DNA of 63,563 nt, counting the filler, from Folioceros fuciformis (lineage: Eukaryota): the NCBI GenBank assembly GCA_049999805.1. It is 23 parts of 23 records of this genome, joined end to end, with 100 filler letters (N's around TTAATTAATTAA, not from the genome) between each part and the next. Parts side by side here need not be neighbours in the genome. Positions count along the whole stretch, not along the records: positions 1 to 1,803 come from JBNGIO010000625.1; positions 1,904 to 2,915 come from JBNGIO010000626.1; positions 3,016 to 4,801 come from JBNGIO010000627.1; positions 4,902 to 5,979 come from JBNGIO010000628.1; positions 6,080 to 10,523 come from JBNGIO010000629.1; positions 10,624 to 13,836 come from JBNGIO010000630.1; 17 more parts are not named here. The stretch is one strand, 5' to 3'. The notes under the pieces were generated by a model. It was not told the DNA's origin, did no database searches, and saw nothing but the letters and a program-made list of their open reading frames with translations. Positions 1 to 11,073 of this stretch are shown in pieces (positions within the stretch are counted from its first letter, which is position 1; every line of letters starts with the position of its first letter). Made by a program: the position numbers and the translations under genes.

Positions 1-1667
1 TCACACTGAGCTCTATGAGCCACCAACATATGATGATGCACTAAGCTGTCCACATGCTGCTCACTGGCAACAAGCTATTAATTCTGAGTTAGCATCTCTA
101 TATGAGAATAAGACAAGGCGTATTACAAGTTTGCCTACACACAGAAAACAAGTAGGTTGCCACTGGGTGTTTAAAATCAAACTAAAGGCATATGCAACAT
201 TGCTAGGTATAAGGCCCGAGTTGTGGCCAAAGGGTATTCACAAATACCTGGTGTGGATTATAATGACACCTTCAGCCCCGTGGTAAAGTTAAACACGCTG
301 CGTATGTTTGTTGCTCTTGCTGCTGTGAACAACCTTGAGCTGGAGCAACTCGATGTGACCACAGCGTTCCTATACGGTAATCTACTGGAGGAAATCTATA
401 TGGAGATCCCTCAAGGTGTTACAGTTCCTACAAACATACCTAAGCTTGTCTGTCGCCTTCAGAAGACTCAGTTTTTGCTCAAGCAGAGCCCAAGAGCCTG
501 GTATGCCCATATTGACACCTATCTGAGGGAGCTTGGGTATGAAAACCTGCACGCAGACAACAACGTTTATGTCAAAAGAGAAGGAGGAATTTTTTTAGCT
601 TTGGCAATTTATGTTGATGACATCATTGTCATGAGCAATTCGTTTCGAATTATTCATGATCTGAAAGAGGCCCTGACGAGAGTCTTCAAGATTACTTATG
701 CTGGTGCCCTAGCTTACTGCCTTGGAATGCAACTCCTTCAGGACAGATCTGCAAGCACCATATTCCTCCATCAGCAAAAGTATGCACGTCAAATCCTATC
801 CAGGTACGGCATGCTAGGCTGCAAACCAATCTCAACTCTTGTAGAACAGAATGCCAAGTACATGCAGCAGGTGGGGGACATACCAGAATCTGAGCAAGCT
901 ATCATTGAGCAGTACCCGTCTAAGAACGAGAGTATAATGCACTTAATGATAGGCACAAGGCCTGATTTGGTATTTTGCTCAGGCCTCACTTCTCGGTTTG
1001 TATCAAACCCCAACAGCTCACATGATGACCTGATGACAAGGTCTACAGGTATGTCTCTGGTACAACTGATTGGGGAATTCTGTATAGTGCAAAGGCCGAG
1101 AAGGCCTTAAGGCTAGTTGTTTACAGCGATGCAGACTGGGCTGGAGACCTAGACAGCCGCAAGAGCATCTCGAGCTATGTAGTACTTTTGGCAAGAGGCG
1201 CCATCTCTTGGAGTAGCCGCAAGCAGTCCACCTTAGCTCTCTCATCGACCAAAGCTGAGTATAAAAGCTTGACCGAAGCCTACAAGGAAATCACATGGTC
1301 AGTGGGAGCTTTGCGAGAGCTCGGAATTCAACAGGAGCTGCCGATTGACCTCCTCTACGACAACCAGAGTGCAATCGCACTATCAATGAATCCGAGGTTC
1401 CATGCGCGCACTAAGCACATCGAGATCCAGCACCATTACATTAGGGAGACCATTGCACAAGGTACAGTCAGAATCACTTACTGCCCAACCGATAGCATGA
1501 CTGTAGATATCCTCACCAAGGCACTGGGGAAGATCAAGCACTATGAGCATGCATTGGGGATGGGGCTGCGAGTTGGTGGCAAACCTCTGCGGTGGAGTGC
1601 GGCATCCATTTCGAGATCCATCTCAGCTGAAGATCGAAGACAGGAGCTGAAGACTGAAGACTGTTGA
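1..1667 (+). mobile_element. Ty1/copia reverse transcriptase and RNase H, degenerate
   Basis: ORFs 223-1110 (QLDVTTAFLYG, LKQSPRAW, IYVDDI) and 1188-1667 (ISWSSRKQ, LSSTKAEY, DNQSAI, RTKHIEIQHHYIRE); frameshifts between them. Confidence 0.93.
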
Positions 1668-1803
1668 ACTAGCTTTTAGGGCTGCGTCTACCCTTTTTCT
1701 CTCAAGACGAGCTTTTTTGCCTCGTCGAAGTTTCTTTAGAGTAGTTTGAAGTCTTTTGGTTAGGTCCACGTTTCCTTAACAATAGACATATACATATCTA
1801 AGA

Positions 1804-1903
1804 NNNNNNNNNNNNNNNNNNNNNNNNNNNNNNNNNNNNNNNNNNNNTTAATTAATTAANNNNNNNNNNNNNNNNNNNNNNNNNNNNNNNNNNNNNNNNN
1901 NNN
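1804..1903. other. Artificial contig linker N44-TTAATTAATTAA-N44 (first of 22; others start at 2916, 4802, 5980, 10524, 13837, 17614, 24086, 30403, 33086, 34267, 36083, 38021, 39760, 43410, 46686, 48427, 49662, 52320, 58087, 59753, 62280)
   Basis: Identical 100-nt N-padded spacer with stop codons in all six frames; adjacency across linkers cannot be assumed. Confidence 0.97.
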
Positions 1904-2553
1904 GAGTAGAGATTTGAAGTGCTGGAGTGTGGAGTTGGTGTGCTGAGGTGGCTAGCATTTAGGGCTGAGAGTGGAGGCCAAGGCTAGGGTTGGGACCTCC
2001 TCTCAGTTATTGAGGCGGCTGATACTTGGAGTTGTAGGTGGGAGCTCAAGATGATGCTGGAGTTCTCATTCAGCTAGAGCTGTGGTTGGCATTGAAGACA
2101 AGGCTAAGGATTCTGATTTTTTTTTGCTGTAGTGAGGCTAGGGCTAGGAGCCGGCTGATAGATAGGGTTAGATTAGGGCAGTGTGGGAAGATTGTAGAAA
2201 ACCTTGATACTAGTTCTCTCCCTTGGGAGCGAATCATAGTACTGCAATGATAATAAGGGGATGTGTGGTCCTTTGGTGGAAGAAAGGTGCAAGAAATCAC
2301 TCCACAGCGAGGCTTACTTGTCTACCACTCGCCTTTCGGCTACCTTGACCCTCTCGTGGTTCGACTACCACCGTCGCCCCTCAACTACCTCAGCCCTGGA
2401 CTACCTGACGGTCTACTCGACTATCGGGTGGCGTGCCACTCCAACTACCGACTCTCGGCTACTTCGTTGCCCCTATGCCTACCACTGCGCTCAGCTACCT
2501 CCGTTGCCCTTCCACGATGGTTACCCAACCGGTTACCTCGGTGGGGTCCACTC

Positions 2554-2596
2554 CTCTCTTCTCTCTCTCTCTCTCTCTCTGTACTCCCTCTCTCTA
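2554..2596. repeat. (CT)n microsatellite in an LTR-like contig; short (CA)n tract near 2757-2775
   Basis: ctctcttctctctctctctctctctct read directly. Confidence 0.75.
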
Positions 2597-3015
2597 CTTA
2601 CCCCACGGCTTACTTTTCCGGCTTATGCCTCCTGATGGTCGAGATCCGTCGCGGACCTCTCTCTCTTACTGGCGATCACCCTTTCCTTACGGCACACACC
2701 CTTCCATCCACTCACGCCTACTCACTGCCCCTCTTAGGGATCAAAGGTGCTCAGTTCACACACACACACACAGACACGAACCTAGACATACATACTCGGC
2801 TCTCAATCACTCAGCGCGCCCTCCTCCATTGCCGCGTTTTGCTCACAACCCCAAGCCAGATTCCTCACGTCCACTCGCGCGTCCCTGTGCTTCAGACACA
2901 TACACACCTACAAACNNNNNNNNNNNNNNNNNNNNNNNNNNNNNNNNNNNNNNNNNNNNTTAATTAATTAANNNNNNNNNNNNNNNNNNNNNNNNNNNNN
3001 NNNNNNNNNNNNNNN

Positions 3016-4780
3016 GTAAAGGTGAACTCCTGCAACAGCAAAACCCACCTGGCTATCCTTCCCGACAGATCTACCTTGTTCACCAAATGCTTTAGCGCGA
3101 AATGATCCACATGGAACACGAATTCGTAGGATAGCAGATAGTGCCGAAATTTCCGGACTGAATACACCATTCCCAGGGCTTCCCGTTCCGTGGTTCCGTG
3201 GTTGAGTTCTGCCTCTGTCAGTTGTCGCCCCGCATAATAAATCGGGTGGTCCCTCTTCTTCTCATCTCGTTGGCTGAGCATGACCCCAATGGCAAAGGCT
3301 GAGACGTCGACATATACGTGGAATTTCTTGCTCCAATCGGGTCCTTTGAGCGTTGGGGCCGTTACAAGCGTGGTTCTGAGATCCTGAAATGCATCCTCCC
3401 GTGCTGATGTCCACACCCATTCCTCCTCCTTCCTTAACAACCTGGTCAACGGCGTTGCCCTTTTAGCGAAGTTCTTGATGAACCTCCGGTAGTATCCAAC
3501 CATCCCAAGAAATCCCCTCAGCTCCTTTGGCGTGGTCGGTGGTCGGAGTGCTTTAATGATCTTTACTTTGTCAGGATCCACCTCAATCCCTCTAGCCGAA
3601 ATTCTATGCCCCAATAAGATACCTTCCGACATCTCGAAATAACACTTTTCCAGGTGGAGGCATAGCTTGGCCTCTCTACACCTCTTCAGGCATTTCCTTA
3701 GGTGTTGTAGATGCTCCCCCGCTGACCCAAACACACAGAAATCGTCCAGGAATACTTCCATAAAGTCTCGTAGGAAATCCCTATAAATCTTGACAATTGT
3801 TCTCATGAAGGACCCTGGTGCTCCAGTCGGTCCAAATGCGCTGCGCTTGTAGGCGTATGTTCCCCAGTCGGTGGTGAGGGCAGTTAACGGCTAGTCGCTC
3901 TCCCGGAGATGTAACTGGTTATACCCTGAGTACCCGTCCAAAAAGGAATACGTCATTTTCCCCGCTACTAGGTCCAGAATGTTGTCAATGAAAGGTAACG
4001 GAAAGTGATCCTTTTGCGTCACTTTGTTCAACCTCCTCCAGTCCTGGCATACTCGAATTTTCCCGGGCTGTTTCTTGGGTACCACTACAATTGGTGCCAC
4101 TCATTCAGAGGTGACAATGGGATAAATGAGGTCTGCCCTTAGGATAGCTCTAGCTGTTCTTTTACTTTCAGGGAGTACTTTGGGTTCAACTTATACTGGG
4201 GTATCCTCACGGGCACTGCCCCTGGCTCCAGCTCAATCCTATGCTCCCCCCACTCCTTGGGAATGCCCTTCATGTCTGTGACATCAAACGCAAACACATC
4301 AATAAATTTGGCCAGCAGGTCCTTCATCCCTTCTTCCAACACCGCATCCAGCTTGGTGGAGAACTTAAGGATTTTTCCTGGCAGGACCTCCATATCCTTG
4401 ATCTCATCCGTCTGTACCCACTCTCGTTCGATCGGTGCTGAAGTAACACCAAACCCTTCCTCTGGCCTTCGGGGTTCTACCTCCCTCATCCCCCATTCAT
4501 AGAACAGCTCTTCAGAGGTGATCCTCGTGACACCCTCCTGATCCTTAGGAATCCTCATGTCCAGATCACCCTCTTTGATTCCTTCCGATCCGATTACCTT
4601 GGTACCCCCTTGGGCTACCGTCCGTTCCCCTCGGGTTAACGCAGTAGTCCAAGGGACTACCTCACGTTCCCCTGAGGAAATTTCTTTTTCCCCCGTCTCC
4701 TCAACCGCTTCCGCCTCTGTGACCCTGTAACAACTAACCATAGGTGGCTGCCGCGGTAATCCTTCTCTTCCTCCGACCAC
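3016..4780 (-). mobile_element. Ty3/gypsy (non-chromovirus-like) RT and RNase H fragment
   Basis: KIRVCQDWRRLNKVTQKDHFPLPFID, FLDGYSGYNQ, VFLDDF, LRGFLGMVGYYRRFI, TTEREALGMVYSVRKFRHYLL, SGRIARWVLLLQEF; several stops. Confidence 0.92.
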
Positions 4781-4901
4781 GAGATATGCGCAAACGGAAA
4801 TNNNNNNNNNNNNNNNNNNNNNNNNNNNNNNNNNNNNNNNNNNNNTTAATTAATTAANNNNNNNNNNNNNNNNNNNNNNNNNNNNNNNNNNNNNNNNNNN
4901 N

Positions 4902-5518
4902 GGGCTCTTCCTATATTATGGCTCCGATGAGTTCTGCGACACTGATGTCGAGGTCTTTGTCTGCATCAAAGCTGCCCAAATTCTTTTGGGCTTGTCTAAC
5001 CATAGCGTTTTGTGTGGTGAGAAATGGTCTATAGGAGGGTGGGAGGGATATCAAGAGAACAAGGAATGCAACAACTTCCGAGACGGAGGTGTTGGTGGCA
5101 GCTTCATATTGAGATCTAGCTTGCTGGAAAGTGTTGATATGGTGTTTGACGGAGTCAGATTCCTTCATCTTTAGATTGAAGAGGTTGCACGTCGCAGTCA
5201 TCATACTCATCGCATCTCTTGAAGAATATAACTGAGCAAGGTGATCCCACATCTATTAGAAGTCTTTGCTTGATTGCATTGTCTTACCATGTTTTGTGCT
5301 AGTCCACTGATCAAGAGGTCTTGAGCTTTTTCATCCTTGGCGTCCCAGGTTTCTTTGCTCTTGGAGCCCCAATGTGGTCTGGGTGTGGACCCACTTACAA
5401 CGTCCCATAGATCTCGAGTACGGAAAAGTGCACACATTCGCAGGTGCCAAACGTCATATGCCTGCCCATTGAATCTAACCTTCTCCTTAAAACTGTCACC
5501 ATAGTTGTGATTCACCAC
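4902..5518 (-). mobile_element. Ty1/copia gag (UBN2-type) fragment, frameshifted
   Basis: FKEKVRFNGQAYDVWHLRM...LWDVVSG...MWDHL...LKMKESDSV...LLISLPPSY. Confidence 0.88.
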
Positions 5519-5665
5519 GGAAGGTCATACTTCATCTTTGGGTGGATCCTTTGTATCCTCTCTCTCTCTCCTGTCGTTATATTGTTGTTTCTCTTCTCGT
5601 TCGTCACGTTAGAACTAGTCATTTTAGGTGGTCACTACTACAACTTAGAGAGCTACGAAGAGCCT

Positions 5666-5977
5666 TCACATTTCCTCATCATCATGCAAGAAATACTGGG
5701 CGCAAGGAGCAAAGCAAGGAGAAACCTTTTCTACACTAGCGTGTTTGTTAGGATGACAAGTAGCAGTTTGTGGGGAAAGTTTGTGATGAAGGCAACTCAG
5801 CATGTGTTGATGGCATGGTTCTCTAGCGATAGCCTTAATCGAACTGAAGATCTCTTGCTTGCATTGTTTTGAACCTTCATTGGAGACAGAAGAAAGAGGA
5901 CCTGCTTGTAGATTTGGGATATGATGAAGAGTGAGTTCTTTTGCTTTCACTTGACTTAAACTAAAGATAGTAAGCAA
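5666..5977 (-). CDS. Partial Cys/His-rich ORF upstream of copia gag (ORF0 candidate, 5' end lost at gap)
   Basis: 103 open codons, same strand as gag and about 150 nt upstream of it. Confidence 0.35.
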   Translation of the reverse strand: MLTIFSLSQVKAKELTLHHIPNLQAGPLSSVSNEGSKQCKQEIFSSIKAIAREPCHQHMLSCLHHKLSPQTATCHPNKHASVEKVSPCFAPCAQYFLHDDEEM

Positions 5978-6160
5978 GTNNNNNNNNNNNNNNNNNNNNN
6001 NNNNNNNNNNNNNNNNNNNNNNNTTAATTAATTAANNNNNNNNNNNNNNNNNNNNNNNNNNNNNNNNNNNNNNNNNNNNGGCCACATCAATCCCACAGTC
6101 ATATCATTTCCCTACAATAGTCAACCCTCTCAATCACGTACCTACCAATCTTGCAACACG

Positions 6161-6710
6161 TCCATTCAATAGGTAGGCACCATTCCTTCACTTGGAAGGG
6201 CCACAGTACCTCCCCCTATCGATTTCTACCTCCCTACACTCAATACCTTTTCCTCACAAGGCTCCCTACAACACCTTCCTCAAGTCCAGTCAGTAGGTAG
6301 GCCCCATTCCTTCACTTGGAAGGGCCCTAGTAACTCCCCTACTGTTTTCTACCTCCCTACACTCAATACCTTTTCCTCACAAGGCTCCCTACAACACCTT
6401 CCTCAACCCACAATCTAGCTACTCATCTCCCTACGCCCAACAACCAAGTTTTCCTTTGAACCTGCTCCGCTCCCTCCAACTATGTTTATCGCTCACCTTC
6501 GACATTCAACCTTCCCTAGCGCATACCTTCAACATGTCCAGTCAGTAGGAAGGCACCATTCCTTCACTTGGAAGGGCCCCAGTACCTTCCCCTACTGATT
6601 TCTAACTACCTACACCCAATACCCCTTCCTCACAAGTCTCCTCACAACACCTTCCACACCGATCCAGCTGCTCGTCTCCCTACGTCCCACGACCAACAAG
6701 TTTTTCCTTG
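6161..6710. repeat. Three imperfect copies of a ~124-bp unit (starts 6161, 6285, 6537)
   Basis: Shared core (a/g)g(t/a)aggc(a/c)ccattccttcacttggaagggcc...cctcacaag...caacaccttcc. Confidence 0.85.
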
Positions 6711-7771
6711 GGCCGGTTGTTGCGTGCTTGGCTTGTTAGCGAGAACTTCTAGGAAGTCTTTACCTGGAGTCTACCCTCAAGCCAACAGCCACACAGGTAT
6801 TGCCACACACCTATAGAAGCACGACAACCATTCACAAGGGAAGCAACTTGCAGGGGGGCCCATGGAAGAATATGAGCCCTCCGCCAAGCACTTCGACCAC
6901 TGCAACTCTAGCCACAACTAGGCGCTGTGATGGCAGACAGCCAACAACGAGATTCCTATGTTGTGCTGAGCATGAGAACTCGCCATAAGAAGAGTGCAGA
7001 ATGTGGTGGTTCATTTCTTTGTGTAGCCCCTCCTTATAGAAGAGATCGACACATGAGCCCTCTCGTACATGTAGGTGGTGGGCTACCCTTCTCTCACACT
7101 AGGTGCCACCAACTTTAACTGCGCACACCTACCAAGAGGCTAAGTCCTACCAATAATTGCTAGGGCAGTGCGTGCCGCTGAAGATTAGGATTGTCGGCGC
7201 TGCCATAGAAGATTCCTTGACCCTCTCTCCAAAAAGGTGTGGCTAGGACTGCTCCTGAAGGGAGGCAGAGTTTGAAGGTTGAGCTACTGGGCCCTCCTCC
7301 ATTAATGAGATTCATCTTTTGGATCCATGAACTTCCACTGTACCTTCCTCTGTGTGAATCTCTTGGGATATCCCTTCACCACCACCTACAGGTTTGGTAG
7401 GGAAGGGATCCACTTGTTCTTCAACTTGAGGTTCCTTCCCTACGTAGGGTGAGGATGTCCCCTTCGTAGGTAGGGTCCTTGTTGCTCCCTTTGTAGGTAG
7501 GTTCCCTACCCCTCTTCTCTGTTAATGTTAGGGTAGCCAACATTAGTTTTATTTGAGTTATTTGAAATTATATTAGGCCAAACTCTAAAGGCACGTGATA
7601 CAAATCGCTAGATTCGTATCGGTCCTGCTAATAGTCGCATCCTAAAACCTAACCGACGCCGTTCACGGGACACCACCCCAACGGTCATCCTCACGGCCTT
7701 TTAAGCGGCCCACGGCCTAATGCAATTCATTCCTTTGTCTAATCTCTTTCACGATCCTAATCTAACCTTTA

Positions 7772-7783
7772 TGGTATCAGAGC
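7772..7783 (+). promoter_or_regulatory. Primer-binding site for initiator tRNA-Met
   Basis: TGGTATCAGAGC, the canonical plant tRNAiMet PBS. Confidence 0.92.
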
Positions 7784-7973
7784 TAGATGGACCCTGCTGC
7801 GCCCCCTTGTACCTGCGAAATTTGCAAGAGTATCTGCTGCATCAAGAACCTCCCTCATGAGCATTTCAGGATAGTAATTGCTGCACTAAAGAACTCTCTC
7901 AACAGGTTTGGGAGCATGGCAGAAGTCTTTCTTGCAAGCGCAATTAACCAATACTATTCTTGAGTCCTCTGCG

Positions 7974-8408
7974 ATGCCGAGACAAAGAGGAAGGCACAAC
8001 GCCCCATCTTTTGACCCCTTCGTAGGCAGGCTTGGACAAAGTGTGGCTGATCAGCATCATAACTTGCAGCATTTCTTCTCAACTTGCTGTCAACCCCTTG
8101 CACAACCTAGATCAGGTTCAAACACAAGTCAGGATAGACACTTACTGAAACCTGATCCCCTTGCAAATTTGAGGAACCAAATTCGACAAGAAATTGTAGC
8201 TACACTCTCAATTTCAGAACAAAGAGCACAGCTACTAGCACGTACCAACCTGTGTAGTTCTTGCTCACGCAAACTTGACACCTCGTCATACACATTTGAT
8301 AAACTTCATTCAAAAATTCACGATCTGGTCAAGGCACAATCAAACAACACCAAAGAGCATATTTCCTCTGTAAAAAAATCAGGTCCATTCACTAAGTCGT
8401 CACATTGA
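7974..8408 (+). CDS. ORF0: extra 5' ORF of copia element, 144 aa (MPRQRGRH...CSSC...coiled-coil-like C-terminus)
   Basis: Open frame between PBS and gag, preceded by a 58-aa Cys-rich ORF at 7787-7963. Confidence 0.55.
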   Translation: MPRQRGRHNAPSFDPFVGRLGQSVADQHHNLQHFFSTCCQPLAQPRSGSNTSQDRHLLKPDPLANLRNQIRQEIVATLSISEQRAQLLARTNLCSSCSRKLDTSSYTFDKLHSKIHDLVKAQSNNTKEHISSVKKSGPFTKSSH

Positions 8409-10623
8409 GTCCCTATCACGACAAGTATATATCTTGAACACTGCACAACATACAGAGCCTGCTGTCAGAACCTTGGATAAACCCTCAACCGTGCAAGAAC
8501 CATCATCTGATTTTATAGAAATTTTAGAAGCCTACCTTGCTTCCTTTCCAACTCAGCTTGAATAATTCCAGGCCTTGGAGGCTGAGGCATCTCAACCCTT
8601 GTGATTAGGGGGCACATGTCATATAATAACCGAGGGCAAAGATTACATAATCCAAACCACAGTGGTAGGGGTAGAGGTAGAGGCAGGGGTCGCCAACAGA
8701 ACAATAATCCAAACTTTGTGGTTGACCCTTTGTCCTTTAATCAGCAACCCTCGTCCTCACAGTCAAGTACAACCACATCTAAATATGTGGACAGTCACGT
8801 AGCTCAATTAGCTCGGGCTGCACTTGCTGCACATGCAGCTGTTTCAAATATGGCTCATCAGCCCAACACAGTGACTAATAATACTACCGTACATAACTTA
8901 AAGGTAGATTTCAAAGAAAAGGACAGATTTAATGGAACACAGTTTGACATCTGGTCATTAAGGGTACAAACCATCCTCAAAGAACATGAACTCTGGGGGG
9001 TAGTAGTAGGAACTGTACCCAAACATGCAGCGGGATCAGCACAGGCTGACATTGATGCTTGGACAAAACTGGATTTAAGAGCTCTGGGAGTAATCCAGTC
9101 AGCGCTGGATGGAACCATGATGTACCATACAAGGGATGTGGACTCTACCAAGGCTGTTTGGGACTCACTTACTCAAGTGTACCAAGTGACCAATGGAATC
9201 TCAATGGTAAGTGCTACGAGGGATTTTTACAACTTGAAAATGAAAGAACACGAATCAGTCGAACAACATGTCATCGAGTTCTGGATGCTCAGATCCAAAC
9301 TCTCTTCTAGTGGCACCAAAACGACTGAGATGCAGGTTGCCATTGCGTTGCTGTTATTCTTACGAGAAAGTTACCGGACCTTCATTAGCAACCAAAGCTC
9401 GTCGCTATGGAATCTTGCCTAGGCAACTCCAGTAGGCCAGGTACCTGCAGTCACTCTGTTCGACGTGATCGGAGCTCTCCTTGAAGAGGAATCCACATGT
9501 AAGGCAAGCAAAGGTGGCAACTCCCTCCGTGGAGAGACTTCAAACCGGGCGCTCTACACAAACAGAGGCTCAAGGAAGCAACCACCCCGTCAACCTTGGC
9601 CAAACAACAGCAGCAGTGGCAATTACAAGAAGTGACAGGCAACACCTTCAGCAAAGAAAAAAGGTCCTTGCAACTGGTGCCTAATCCCAGGCCACTGGGA
9701 GGCAGAATGCCGTAAGAAAAAGGCTAATGAGCCTCGTCGTACAGCACCACCTAAGTCCAATGTTGTTCACCGCAAATCCAGCACCATCCTAGTAGTCTGT
9801 ATGGTGTCAACAGCATCCAACAAACATGTCTGGTTCATAGACTTTGGGGCTTCATCCCACATTTGTCACTGCAAGAGGTCGTTTTCTGAATATAGGAATG
9901 TCACACCTGGTCAGTTTGTACTTCTCGGGGATGATAGTGGTCTCTAGATCATAGGTATAAGGTCTGTCCCTGTCCTACTTCCAAATAGAACAACACTTTT
10001 CCTCACAGATGTCCTCCATGTGCCCGCCATGGTAAAAAACCTGGTGTCTGTACGTAAGCTAACAACACACAACTCTTTGGATGTCTCCTTTAGAGGTCTG
10101 CAATGCACTGTCACGGATCCCCAATACAAGAACAAGGTTCTAGCAACAAGTGCTCCCATTCACGATCTATATCAGCTGAATATTTCCTCCAAGCTGGGTC
10201 TCAAACCTGCACAAGCACAAGCCAACGTCAGTCTTGAAACCAGAAAGAAAGAGGCAATCATGCTGTGGCACTGTAGACTTGCTTATGTAAATTTTGACAA
10301 ATTGAAGGCAATGGTGGCCAGTAACAACCTCTACAGAGAGCAATTTGTGCTTCAGTTTGCAAAAAGACAGTTCTGTGAGTCGTGCGTGTTTGGCAAACAC
10401 CATCGCCTGCCATACACGAATGTGAACCCTACTTGGGCCACCAAGGCACTAGAGTTGGTCCATACTGACCTATGTGGACCTATGTCCACAGCATCCCTAG
10501 GCGGAGCTCTCTATTTCCTAACANNNNNNNNNNNNNNNNNNNNNNNNNNNNNNNNNNNNNNNNNNNNTTAATTAATTAANNNNNNNNNNNNNNNNNNNNN
10601 NNNNNNNNNNNNNNNNNNNNNNN

Positions 10624-10843
10624 GCCGCACTTTGCTTCTCATACAGGTCACACTATTTCTGCCATAGCTCGTAGCTAGTGGTCTTGTCTTTCACGTTGAA
10701 GTAGACCGACTTTGACAATGTTATGATGATGGTAGACCTAGGCAAGCTCATCTAGGTCCTGCCACTCATCCTGAGTCATGCTAACAGGTTTCACTCCTAG
10801 CAACTTAATGGGCTTGATGTGCTTCTTCTGTACTAGAACATTA
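10624..10843 (-). mobile_element. Tnt1/Tork-like copia gag fragment, interrupted by the element starting at 10844
   Basis: Minus-strand translation VLVQKKHIKPIKLLGVKP..MTQDEWQDLDEL..STIIITLSKSVYFNVKDKTTSYELW. Confidence 0.75.
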
Positions 10844-11073
10844 TGTTGGGGAGCGTAATGCAACCCACACTCATGCATATATAGTCCTAGTTAGGTTTAC
10901 GTTAGGGCAACTCGAACGGTTAATTAGTTTAGGTTGTGGTTGCGTGTGCGCGCGCATGAAGGTAGGAATGGTTGATAGTTGTTGTACATGTAACTCGTTC
11001 TCGCGAACACATAAAAACAACTCTTTTTGTAAGCGTCTCTTGCGCTCTTGCTTCGCACCTTGAAAATACAACA
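10844..11073 (+). mobile_element. 5' LTR (230 bp) of copia element
   Basis: TGTTG...CAACA termini, immediately followed by PBS TGGTATCAGAGC (11074-11085). Confidence 0.85.

Larger units (their letters stand above)
7563..10523 (+). mobile_element. Ty1/copia element 5' part: short LTR (start approximate), PBS, extra 5' ORFs, gag, protease, start of integrase; degenerate
   Basis: PBS TGGTATCAGAGC 7772-7783; gag KVDFKEKDRFNGTQFDIW; CNWC knuckle near 9668; WFID protease site; WHCRLAY, FCESCVFGKHH, LELVHTDLCGP. Confidence 0.9.

Noticed and set aside
1848-1859. TTAATTAATTAA palindrome recurring 22 times
   Set aside because: Always centred in an identical N-padded 100-nt spacer; an artificial six-frame-stop linker
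2263-2967. Long ORFs in the CT/CA-rich contig
   Set aside because: Overlapping frames in low-complexity LTR-like DNA with no recognisable motif
7772-7783. tRNA-Met gene
   Set aside because: Only the 12-nt complement of the tRNA 3' end (PBS); no cloverleaf
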